The notes under the pieces were generated by a model. It did no database searches and was not told the origin of the DNA. It saw nothing but the letters and a program-made list of their open reading frames with translations. DNA of 62,815 nucleotides, the filler included, from Chiloscyllium plagiosum (taxonomy: Eukaryota), in the NCBI RefSeq assembly GCF_004010195.1. It is 5 parts of one record of this genome, joined end to end, with 100 filler letters (N's around TTAATTAATTAA, not from the genome) between each part and the next. Parts side by side here need not be neighbours in the genome. Positions count along the whole stretch, not along the records: positions 47,113 to 58,183 come from NC_057716.1; positions 58,284 to 62,815 come from NC_057716.1; 3 more parts are not named here. One strand, written 5' to 3'. The position numbers were made by a program, and so were the translations under genes. Shown here piece after piece: positions 51,461 through 62,815 of this stretch (the first letter of the stretch is position 1; every line of letters starts with the position of its first letter).

Positions 51461-54219
51461 TAAAAAAACTTCACTGAGGTCTTAAATGATAAACCCGTAC
51501 CGAACACCAGGTACCAGCCTCGTTAGTAGAAAAGGGAATGGGAAACACAATCCTGTCGACCCTGCGGAGACCTCTTTCCTAACAGTTGAGAGCTTGTGAC
51601 AATATTTGCAGAGCTTTCCCACACACTGCACAGAAACATTGTGACAGGAGCAGGTCATACAACACATTGAGCTTTCCCTGTGCTAGTTAATGGCCGAACA
51701 TCTCCTCAGTGCAGTTTTCCCCATACAATAGTCATATCCCTTAATATGTTTATACATTGTGAAATATAAAATGAGAACTGCAGTAGTGCCTTCAGCCCAT
51801 CAGTTTTGCTCGTCCATTCAATATGCAGGCAGTTCTCCGATAACACATGTTGTGTAAATACAATTTGGCTGCAATGTGATTCGTGAATCCTTTTTCTATA
51901 AAGTGAATTCCCGTTCACTGTGACGCGATTCCTTGTCAGGAACCAGCTGAACAGCAAAACCCTGCCTCAGGATCCTCTCTCTGCAAAATGTACAAACAAT
52001 GTGGTCAGCTAAAACAGGGATGCAATGCGCTCATGAAGCCTTAAAACTGAGGCTGAAACTGGAAATTGTAGATACATTTAGAAAGAACTTTATTTCAAAC
52101 TGTGGAGAGAATCTTAAGGAGACCTGGAATTCCCCATCGGCATCACGTGGTTATTCAGCCCCCACGTGCTTTCTGGTGAAAGGTACAGTGCTCCAGTGAG
52201 TGACTATGGTGTGAAAGTGTTACACACCAAAACTGCACACAATGCTGCACAATGTTCTAGATGGTGTCTCATCAAGACCCTGTACAGCTGCAGTAAGATA
52301 CTCTTCCTCCTGTATTCAAATCCCCCTGAAATGAAGGTGAATACGGCATTTATCTTCCTCCCTACTTCCTGCCCTGAAATATTACTTTCAGTGATTAGTG
52401 TACAGGGAGATCCAGATTCCTTTCAATGTTACAGCTCCCCACTTGCTGGCTCTATATACACTGGTCAGCGTGCCAATGCCATTCCCAGTATTGACTCTTG
52501 GATTCCGAACTCACTGCCTTACATGGACTCGGAGAGCTGCACATAAATAAACAAAAATGCAGCTTAATTCCTTAATAGAGCAACATTTTTCAACAACTCC
52601 CTTTTCAAATGATAGGCTGCCATTCTATTGTTCTCATCAAAGTACACAGCATCTCATCTCTCCCATGCTCTCCATCTGCCACGTATTTGCCCGGTCATTT
52701 CACTTATCTCAGTCACCTTGGAGCATTTTTACATTCTCCTCACCCACTCACAAGCTGACATTGTTTAGTGCTGTAAGCAAACTTGGGAATATTGCATTTG
52801 AGACACTCAACCAAATATATAATGTGTATTGGCAATAGCTGGCGCCCAAGCCACGGTCCTTGCTATATACTCCCAGCCTTCCATTAAAAAAATGTTGTTT
52901 TATTCCTACTCACTGTTTCCTGCCAGCTCTGTCCTTCGAGAACCATGTCTATGTATTAGTCCCAGTCCCACAGGATTCGAATTTGCACAATAGGCTTGGG
53001 GCTTTATTAACAATCTTTCTGAAATTCCACTCGCATTGCATTGATAGCTTCTACATAATTTTGCTAAAAGCCACTTTCTCAAATATGATTCCTATTTCAT
53101 GAATCTCTGTTGATTTTGTCTATGCCCACTAATTTCAGTCTGATACTTTCTCTAAACTGTTTAGTTGATAATTTAATTCTGTTCCTTTTTTCTCACCAGA
53201 CTAAAGTTCCCTCGTATTACTGGGAAGTTTTCTTTTTTGTTTTGCTTTCTTCTGTGAAGGCANNNNNNNNNNNNNNNNNNNNNNNNNNNNNNNNNNNNNN
53301 NNNNNNNNNNNNNNNNNNNNNNNNNNNNNNNNNNNNNNNNNNNNNNNNNNNNNNNNNNNNNNNNNNNNNNNNNNNNNNNNNNNNNNNNNNNNNNNNNNNN
53401 NNNNNNNNNNNNNNNNNNNNNNNNNNNNNNNNNNNNNNNNNNNNNNNNNNNNNNNNNNNNNNNNNNNNNCTCCTCACCCACTCACAAGCTGACATTGTTT
53501 AGTACTGTCAGCAAACTTGGGAATATTGCATTTGAGACACTCAACCAAATATATAATGTGTATTGGCAATAGCTGGCGCCCAAGCCATGATCTTTGCTAT
53601 ATACTCCCAGCCTTCCATTGAAAAAAAAGTTGTTTTATTCCTACTCCCTGTTTCCTGCCAGCTCTGTCCTTCGAGAACCATGTCCATGTATTAGCCCCAG
53701 TCCCACAGGATTAGAAATTGCACAATAGGCTTGGGGCTTTATCAAGAATCTTTCTGAAATTCCACTCGGATTGCATTGATAGCTTCTACATAATTTTGCT
53801 AAAAGCGACTTTCTCAAATATGATTCCTATTTCATGAATCTCTGTTGATTTTGTCTATGCCCACTAATTTCAGTCTGATACTTTCTCTAAACTGTTTAGT
53901 TGATAATTTAATTCTGTTCCTTTTTTCTCACCAGACTAAAGTTCCCTCGTATTACTGGGAAGTTTTCTTTTTTGTTTTACTTTCTTCTGTGAAGGCATAA
54001 CTGAAGTATTTGCTCCATAGTTCTGCTATTTCCCTGTCCTCCATTATCTGGTATCAAACTATTGGAAAGCTGCACATTTTTCCCCTAATTTTGCCATTGA
54101 CATATTTTCAGAAAATATTACAAGTTCTGCGTAAAAACTTTGTTAAGATATTCTTCAGAATCCTATCAATTCCTATTTTAAGGTACTGGATGATTGGCCT
54201 TCCACAGTCATACAATCAC

Positions 54220-55440
54220 ACAACCAAAGACTCTGTACTATCAGAAATACAGCACAGTCTACATTAGACACACTTTCCGACACAATACCCGTAGCCGTGA
54301 ATCTTAAGGCATTTCAAGTGCACTACCGTGTATTTTCGAATGCTTTTGAGGTTACCATGACAACTCGCCTCTCAAGAAAAGCATTTCAGACTCCAACACA
54401 CTCTGGGTGAAAAGCAATCATCAAATCCTCACGAAACCGCAAACCCTTCACTTTAAAAGTGTGGCCCTTTGACTAAAAAAGAACAGATGCTGTCCATCCA
54501 CACTGTCCATGTCCCTCAGAATCCTATCCTTCTGAATCACGTCCCCCTCAGCCTCCTCTCCTCCAAACTAAACAACCCAAGCTTAACCAGCCTCTCTCGA
54601 TAACTGATGTGCTCCATCCCAGGGAACATCCTGGTGAATCTCCTTTGCACCCCCTCCAGTGCAGTCACATCCTTTCTGTAATGTGGTTCCCAGAACTACA
54701 CACAGTATTCCATCTTGGCATCACCAAAGTTCCGCATAGCTCTTATAATCTGTGCCTCAATTAATCAAGGTTATGTTTACAGTCCCCTATGCTTTCTCAA
54801 ATTGTGTATGAACCTGTCCATCACAGGCCGGGTTCTTGTGGAGAAGCACCCTCTGACCTTCCTAGTGTGCTGCCATTCATTGAGTCCTCCCCCGTCTGGT
54901 TCCTTCTTCCAAAGTGTATCACCTCATACTTATCAGGGTTACATTCCATCTGCCATTAATCTTCCCAGCTGGCCATTCCATCTGTATCTTCCCGTAACTT
55001 AAGGCCTTCCTCCTCACTGCCAACCAACTGGCCAATCTGCGTATCAAACACAAATTTACTTATCACACTCCCCACACCTCGCCCATATTCACAGCGACAT
55101 AATTTATGAGTACCACAAATATTAAAGTGAAACATCACACAACATCAGGTTAGAGTCCAACAGGTTTGTTCGGAGGCAGTAGCTTTCGAAGCTTTACTTT
55201 TTCATCAGGTGATTGTGCGCATTGATGAAGAAGCAGCACTTCAAAAGGTAGTGCCGCCGAATTAACCTGTTGGAGTATAATCTGGAGTTTTGAGATTTAC
55301 AGCATTGTCCACTCAGTCCAACACCAGCACGTCCGAATCACAAATAATAAGGGACACAGCACTGATCCCTGTAGTATACCATTGGACACTGGCCTCCAGT
55401 CACACAAGCAATTAACCACCACCTTGTGTCTCCTACCACT
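54220..55440 (-). mobile_element. Old CR1 fragment, paralog of 19510-20540
   Basis: Collinear with 19510-20540 and shares the left junction. Confidence 0.75.
55126..55338. mobile_element. Fold-back Penelope pLTR insertion with degenerate 12-bp TSD
   Basis: Two inverted decayed hammerhead pLTRs, flanked by cacaaatattaa and cacaaataataa. Confidence 0.7.
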
Positions 55441-57019
55441 AAACTTCATTTGGATGCAATTTGGCAAGTCACTAATGATTCCTACCTGTTCCCTGGTTAT
55501 TCTGTTCGGCTGGTCAACCTTGTAGAATATCTGTGAATTCTCCCTAATCTTGCCCTGCCAGCAGGTGTCCATGCCCCTCTGTTAGTTAGTCCCCTTAGCG
55601 TGCAGAATTTCGTCCTTATTGCAGTCTTAAATGGTTTGTCCTTTATCCTGTCATTATTTCCCTTGATTGTGTATTAGGCAGACGGAGAAACATCCTGTTA
55701 ATTTCCAACTTGTAACATGTTTTGTTAATTTTATACATTTCACAGTGGCGCATCTCTCATTCTTTGAAACTCTAGAGAACACAAGCCGAGTTTCCTCATC
55801 ACGCAATCTCACCAATTGAGGGATTAACCTGGAGAATGTCCATTGAACTTCCTCTGTGGTCAGTATATTCTTTCTCAGATTTGGTGACCAAAACTGAACT
55901 CAAAAGTCCAGGTACAGTACTCACCAACACGCTGTTAAACTGCTTCAACATGTCTTTACATCTATCTGCTGACACCCTTAAAGGAAGGCAATCAAAACTT
56001 TAACTTAACACTTGCATATATTCCTCCAACTACCGTTCACATTCATTCTATTTACGAACTCATTGTGTGAGTTCTTATAGAAAGCCTTCTGATAATCTAA
56101 AATATGCCAATTGTACTGGTTCCCCATTATCTATGCTGTAAGAATCAACTTCAAACAATTCCAACGCTTGTCAAGTATGATTTCCCTTTCAGAAATGCTT
56201 ACTGAGTCTCTCCAATGTTGCTGTTAATTTCTAAATAACGAATATCACATCCTATATAATCGACCTCAACAGTTTGCCCACAAATGTCAAGTTAATTGGT
56301 CTGCAGTTCTCCAAACTATCTCTTCTTCCCTTTGTAGATGCTTGGATCACGACCGTTCATCTATAGTGCTTGGATACAGACTATGCTGAATATACTGGGT
56401 AATAGAACACAGTCATCGATAGTGCAACTAATACTTCTATTAGTGCTTTACTTCTGAAGATTTTGGTATGAAGTACATCTGGTTTGTCAAGGTTAGCAAT
56501 GCTCAATCCAGCTGTATGTTCAATTACAGCCTTGTTACTGATATAAATTGACTTCATATCTTTTGATCCACAAGTCCTATATGATGACGTCGTATTTCTG
56601 GGTGATTTTCTGGGTCTTCCTCCATGAAGACAGATGCAAGGTAACTGGTTATTTGCTTGGCCATTTCCCTGTTATCCATAATAAGCTCGTCTCTCCTGAT
56701 TGCAGATTTCCACATGTGACTTTGCTTTTCTCTTTCTTTTGAAATATAGAACTTAGATTTATGCAGTCTTTGTGTTCCTGTTTGTTTGCATGTATGTTCG
56801 CTTTTTGATTTTCTTACCCGTTTCATGGCCCTCCTTTTCTGGATCGTAAATTTCTGAGAATTCTCAGGATTCCACAATGTGTGGAATTCTTCTGAAGTCA
56901 CTTCCTGTGATTAATATTATCTTTAATTTATTCTGCTAATCATTGTTAACTCACTTTCTCACTCTTGCGTGTTTTACCTGAAATAAACAGACATATTTTT
57001 CAGACTTTGTGGTATTTCT

Positions 57020-57503
57020 ATAAATCTCCTGGTCCTGACCATATATATTCAGGAACACTGCAGGAGGACAGGAAAGAAATAGCGGGGGCCCTGGTTGGTA
57101 CTTTTGCATCATCGGTAGCCAATGGGTGAAGTCCTGGAGGACTGGAGGGTAGTGAATGCTGTGCCGTTATTCAAGAAGGGCTACAAATAAAAACCGTGGA
57201 ACCTAAACCTAAAATCTGTAGCAGGTAAGTTACTTCACAAGATTCTGAGGGAGAAGATATACATGCATTTGGAAATACAGGGCCTTGTGAATGGGGGACT
57301 ATGGCTCACTAATTTGTTAGGCTGCTTTGATGAAGTGACCAGTAACTTTGGCAAGGGCATGGTTGTATATATAGGTTTCAGTAAGGCCTTCAATAAGGTT
57401 CCACATGCTAGGTTGTGCTCTGGAAGGTTAGATCACATATAAGTGAGGGGGAGTTGGCAAATTAGGTCCAAAATTAGCTTGATGATAGGAAGAAGAGGGT
57501 AAT
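57020..57503 (+). mobile_element. CR1 RT fragment
   Basis: Gives GPDHIYSGT, EDWRVVNAVPLFKKG and FSKAFNKVPH. Confidence 0.8.
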
Positions 57504-58003
57504 NNNNNNNNNNNNNNNNNNNNNNNNNNNNNNNNNNNNNNNNNNNNNNNNNNNNNNNNNNNNNNNNNNNNNNNNNNNNNNNNNNNNNNNNNNNNNNNNN
57601 NNNNNNNNNNNNNNNNNNNNNNNNNNNNNNNNNNNNNNNNNNNNNNNNNNNNNNNNNNNNNNNNNNNNNNNNNNNNNNNNNNNNNNNNNNNNNNNNNNNN
57701 NNNNNNNNNNNNNNNNNNNNNNNNNNNNNNNNNNNNNNNNNNNNNNNNNNNNNNNNNNNNNNNNNNNNNNNNNNNNNNNNNNNNNNNNNNNNNNNNNNNN
57801 NNNNNNNNNNNNNNNNNNNNNNNNNNNNNNNNNNNNNNNNNNNNNNNNNNNNNNNNNNNNNNNNNNNNNNNNNNNNNNNNNNNNNNNNNNNNNNNNNNNN
57901 NNNNNNNNNNNNNNNNNNNNNNNNNNNNNNNNNNNNNNNNNNNNNNNNNNNNNNNNNNNNNNNNNNNNNNNNNNNNNNNNNNNNNNNNNNNNNNNNNNNN
58001 NNN
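57504..58003. other. Assembly gap (500 N)
   Basis: Run of N. Confidence 0.99.
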
Positions 58004-58183
58004 CATACAGTAAATTAACGGAAAAGATATTGTGGAAATATGAGGAAATCAGACAGGGCAGTGGGACGAACTGGAGAAGTGAGATCTTCGAGAGTAAAAT
58101 GACAAGAATGAGATCATTGAATAAAGGCATTGTCAGAACAGCTGGAATGGTCTGTTACATCAAATTCTCAATCTGCTTCACAG
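58004..58183 (-). pseudogene. Intron 3' end and first codons of exon 2 of a second GPR139-like copy
   Basis: Inverted paralog of 14477-14632 with about 8 substitutions. It extends to ttttccg|TT AAT TTA CTG = (V)NLL, the expected continuation of GVP. The acceptor lacks AG. Confidence 0.5.
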
Positions 58184-58283
58184 NNNNNNNNNNNNNNNNN
58201 NNNNNNNNNNNNNNNNNNNNNNNNNNNTTAATTAATTAANNNNNNNNNNNNNNNNNNNNNNNNNNNNNNNNNNNNNNNNNNNN

Positions 58284-58825
58284 TCATGCCCAAAACATTG
58301 ATTCTCCTGCTCCTTGGATGCTGCCTGACCTGCTGCACTTTTCCAGCAACACATTTTCAGCTCTGATCTCCAGCATCTGCAGTCCTCACTTTCCCCCCCA
58401 GACAGAGCAGTTAGACAGACAAAGGAGTCGATAAAGATCTGGCTGGGAGGTTGAATAACTGTTGATGGAGACTGTTAGTGGCTAATAATAGGTAGTGTGT
58501 AATGGCAGACTTTGTGATAACAAGGCCTGGTTGTGTGTCTAGGGTTGGGGACGAGAACATGGGAGAGTTCAGGCCCTAAAATTATTGAACTCAATACTGG
58601 GTCCAAAGGGCTGCAGGGACCCCAAGCGAAAATGAGGTGCTGTTCTACCAGCTTGCGCTGAGCTTTGCTGGAACACCGCAGCGAGCCTGTGACAGAGATG
58701 TTGGCCAGGGAATATGGTGGTGTGTTAAAGTGTGTAACGGCAAACTATGTGATAACATGGCCTGGTGTGTGTGGGGTTGGAGGCTAGGACTTGGGAGAAT
58801 TCACGCCCTAAAATTATTGAATCTT
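58284..58825. mobile_element. Penelope pLTR and GIY-YIG C-terminal fragment with partial tandem duplication
   Basis: The pLTR tail matches 1-87. The minus strand gives HLIFAWGPCSPLDPVLSSII-like decayed sequence. 58514-58590 is duplicated at 58749-58822. Confidence 0.65.
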
Positions 58826-59467
58826 ACTGCCATATAAATGCTATGGTTACAAAAGCAGGTCAAAGGCTAGCAATCCTGCAGCGAGTAGCTCACCTCCCAA
58901 ATCCCCAAAAGCCTGTCCACCATCTGCAGGGAATGTCAGGAGTGTGATGTAGTAGTCCCCACTTGCATGGATGAGTGCAGCTCCAACAACACTCAAGCAG
59001 CTTGACACCACCCAGGACAAAGCAGCCAATTTGATTGGTCCCACGTCCACAAAAATCCACTCCCTCCACCACTGACACCCAGTGGCAGCAATGTGTACTG
59101 TCTCCAGGACACATTGCCACTTCCGTGGTGAAAACATTATTGGACTTAAATTGTTTTGAAAGTTTGATAATGCATATCAACCCTAATTTTTATTTAAGTA
59201 GAAGCAAGACAATGTATTAACTATATACCAACTGACCTTAAATATATATGGGTGATGGGCATTTACTGGGGACTCACTTGAGCTTCTATAAGCAGACACA
59301 GAAGGGGTGTTGTGGCACAGTGGACATGAACCTAACTGCAAGTCATATAGTTTGGCTTCAAGACCCACCCGAGGAAGTGATGCACACAGAGAGGTTTCAT
59401 AAGGTGTAAGAACAGGCTAATTATTTCTGAACTGAAGCAGACCGGAACTCTGGCTGTGGAGGTCTTA

Positions 59468-59683
59468 CTCGAGATCAGAGTGGTGCTGGAAAAGCACAGC
59501 AGATCAGGCAGCATCCGAGGAGCAGGAAAATCAATGTTTCGGGCAAAAGCCCTTCATTAAGAATCAATTTTTGCCCAAAATGTCAATTCTTCTGCTCCTC
59601 GGATGCTGCCTGACCTGCTGTGCTTTTCCAGCACCACTCTAATCTTGACTCTGATCTCCAGCATCTGCTGTCCTGACTTTCAT
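59468..59683. mobile_element. Fold-back Penelope pLTR insertion with degenerate 14-bp TSD
   Basis: Long inverted arms, flanked by ctgtggaggtctta (59454) and ctatggagttctta (59684). Confidence 0.8.
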
Positions 59684-60494
59684 CTATGGAGTTCTTAGGT
59701 CTAAGCGCGCAATTCTGTAAATCAATATCCATGTGGATAAGGATTGGCTGTGGTTGTGTCCCACATATTTCTGGAATAGAAGACCAAGGAGATATGACTG
59801 TTATGGAGGATGGACACTGGACACCACAACAGCCAGGAACAGTGACTAGGTACACAGATTGTCGAAGACAGACACGATCTGGCTGTCAAAACAACTGAGG
59901 GACAAGAAAATAAAATGCACTCTGCAATGTCCTGCTGCCATGATAATGCAGTGCTTACATAATATTTGCAGTACAGAGGCAGTCCATTCTGACCAACATG
60001 TCCTTGCCAATGTTTGTGTTAACATTCTCACCATCCTCTTCACCTCATCGTTCAACACTTTTTACCATTTGCTCCTTCAACTATTTGACAGCTACTCCTT
60101 AAATATAAGGACACCCTTCAGTCCAGCCACCCCTGTGGGCATGAGCCTCACCTTCTCTGGGGAAAAGGAAATCTCACCTGAATTTCTGACTAGATTTGTT
60201 AGTGACTACCTGCTGGTTATGACCACTAGTGTTGGGTACCTCCATGCTTGGCAACATTTGATCTTCGTCTTCCCTATTAAACCCAGCCTTTACAGCCACC
60301 CTGAGGGAGAAAAAGGGTCATCTCACAGCCCTCTTTCTTCCAGGGAAATGGTCTCAGTCTATTCATTCTCTCCTTACACATACAGCCCCTCTTTCTCTCT
60401 CTCTACACATATATATATACCTGGAATTTGTTTAGCACATCATCAATGTCCTTTTAGTTCCTCAGAGCTCTGACTTTCACACTGTTACCGCAGA

Positions 60495-61490
60495 AACAGA
60501 AGTAGGTCACTCAGCCCATCATGTCTGCACCACCATTCAATGAGATCACGGCTGACCTAATAACCCTCAATTCCATAACACTTGATTCCTTTACTGATTA
60601 AATAATCAGTCGATCTCAACCTTAAACATAATTAACAACCCAGCCTCAACATCCCTCTGTGATACTACCCTCTGAAAGAAGAAATTCCTCATCACCTCTG
60701 TCTTAAATAGGTGACCCCTTACTCTGAGATAATGTCCTGTGGTCCTAGACTTTCCTACTTGGATAAACATCTCCCCTGAGGTAAAAACAATGACTGCAGA
60801 TGCTGGAAACCAGATTCTGGATCAGTGGTGCTGGAAGAGCACAGCAATTCAGCCTGTCCTCGGATGCTGCCTGAATTGCTGTGCTCTTCCTAAACATCTC
60901 CCCTGTCAGGTCCCTGAAGAATTTTGCATATTTCATTTTGCTAAACTCCAATGAGTACAGGCCCACCCTGCTCATAAGCCAGTCCCTCCATACCCTGGAA
61001 CAACCTGATGAACCTTCTCTGGACTGTCTCCAATTCCTTAGATAAAGGAGACCAAGCCCTGTCCCAGTACTCCAACTGTGGCCAAACTACTGCCTTGTGT
61101 AGTTTTAGCAAAACCTTCTTATTTTTGTTTTACATTTCCTCGGAAATAAAGGCCAACATTCCATTTACCTTCCCTATTACCCATTGAACTTGTATGCTAG
61201 CTTTTTGTCATTTATGCATGCGGAATAGTAAAATCCATCTGGTACATTCAGTCTTTCTTCACTTAAATAATATTCGTGCCCACTATTCTTCCTGTCAAAG
61301 TGCATAACCTCACCCTTTCCCACATTATCTTCCCACTGGTTTAACCTGTCTATAATCCCTCTGTAGAACTATTTTTGCCAACTGAACCACTTACTCTTCA
61401 CCTGCTTTTGTGTCATCTGCAAACCTGGTGACAGTACATTCACAAAGTCATTTATATCATCAATAATTGTGGCTCCAACTCTGCTCCCTC
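60495..61490 (-). mobile_element. Old CR1/L2 3' fragment
   Basis: 3' UTR gaagtaggtcactcagccc...ccattcaatgagatcacggctga and RT remnant tttgcagatgacacaaaa. Confidence 0.75.
60779..60890. mobile_element. 112-bp fold-back Penelope-derived insertion with perfect 15-bp TSD
   Basis: taaacatctcccctg lies at 60764-60778 and 60891-60905. A 20-bp perfect inverted repeat spans 60833-60852 and 60871-60890. Confidence 0.88.
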
Positions 61491-62267
61491 CCACAGTTAC
61501 ACATAAGTCGTCTCTGCAATTACCTGCAAATATCAGATGCAAAAATGTAAAGCTTCTCGTCCCTTTTGATCAAAGGGTGGAAACTGGCTCCATCAGTTCC
61601 ATTTATCATGTTGCATGCATTTGATGCCCACAAATTCAGAGACCTGTCCAAAAGATAATGATCAACTTTCTGTTAATCATTGAGACCTTTGCCTTGGTTA
61701 ATTCTCTCTGCAACAGTGATCTGATACAGCAAATGTCAACATGAAGCTTACCCAGGTATAGTGTTCTCTAACATAATTCCAGCAACGCACTTTACCCTCA
61801 AACAGAATTTGCTGAGGCAGGAAGCAGTCCCAACGCTATCCATCTTTCGAAAAATATTTGACTTCTGGGAAATAATTTGGACATATGCTACTGATAAGAT
61901 GGATCCACAACTGTAACGCTTCAATGAATCGGTGCAAATTGCTTTGCAATTTTGGTGAACATTTGGCAAAAGGTTGTGCACATTTTCTTTATCATGGATA
62001 CATGGAATCTTTACAGTACAGAAGGAGGTCCTTTGTCCCATGGTGCCTGCACTTGCTCTCTACAAGAGCACAGTTGAACTGGAACCCACAGTTGACTCTG
62101 CGATCACCACACTGTCAAGCAACACATTCTAACTACACTCTCCTGAATAAAAAAAAACAGAATGCTTTCTCACCTCACATTTGGTACTTCTGCATATCAT
62201 CTTTTATCAGTGTTGACTAATTCCCAATCTTCCTACCATGGAAACAGTTTCTCCCTAACTACTCTTC

Positions 62268-62690
62268 AGGGCAGCACAGTGGTTAGCACTGCTGCCTCAC
62301 AGCGCCAGGGACCAAAGTCCCCTCTCAGGCGACTGTCTGTCTGTGTGGAGTTTGCACATTCTCCCGGCATCTGCGTGGGTTTCCTCCGGGTGCTCCAGTT
62401 TCCTCCCACAGTCCCAGGTCCCAGGTTCGAATCTTGCCTCGGGCAACTGTGTGGAGTTTGCACATTCTCCGTGTCTGCGTGGGTTTCCTCCGGGTGCTCC
62501 AGTTTCCTCCCACAATCCAAAGATGTGCAGATCAGGTGAATTGACCATACTAAATTGCCCATAGTGTTAGGTGCATTAGTCAGGGGTAAATATAGGGTGG
62601 GGGAAATGGGTCAGGGTGGGTTACTCTTCCACACCGACTTGTTAGGCTGAAGGGCCTGTTTCCACACTGTAGAGAATCTAATCTAATCTC
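62268..62690 (+). mobile_element. V-SINE with duplicated head and V-domain
   Basis: Two copies of tgtgtggagtttgcacattctcc...tcctcccaca (about 62342 and 62448) and one taatc tail. Confidence 0.88.
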
Positions 62691-62815
62691 TCAAACAGCC
62701 AACTCCTTGACTGATGACAGCCTCAGACACTGAACCAGTGCGTTGAGGACTGGAGCCAAGGTGTTGCCTGTAAATGTGGACAAAACTGAGGCTCCAAGAA
62801 GCTGGGGGGGGGGGC

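Noticed and set aside
59859..60473. 204-aa ORF
   Set aside because: No motif is present, and it overlaps a decayed LINE 3' end and low-complexity sequence.
61752..61864. Candidate minus-strand exon (tttcccag ... g|gtaagc)
   Set aside because: The splice-like signals are present, but the one open frame gives no recognisable protein and no partner exon was found.

Overview
Repeat-dense eukaryotic DNA from a fragmented assembly. The HE1-type V-SINEs, DeuSINE relic, CR1 families and Penelope families point to a shark or other elasmobranch (inferred from recalled repeat families). No intact protein-coding gene is visible. Most of the window is nested CR1/L2-group LINEs, one long L1 relic, several Penelope-like elements (many carrying minimal hammerhead ribozyme motifs and fold-back structures with target-site duplications), SINEs and a Harbinger Myb/SANT relic. 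The main host-gene signal is a disabled first coding exon of a shark GPR139/GPR142-like GPCR at 13184-13401. Its intron end runs into a 500-N gap, and an inverted paralogous intron end at 58004-58183 also abuts a 500-N gap. A module of about 5 kb occurs in three copies (two direct, one inverted). It contains a weak Ig V-like relic and the seed of a 42-bp minisatellite that has expanded in one copy. Four N44-TTAATTAATTAA-N44 spacers are assembly linkers, so long-range order is unreliable. Most repeat boundaries were read by eye and are approximate.
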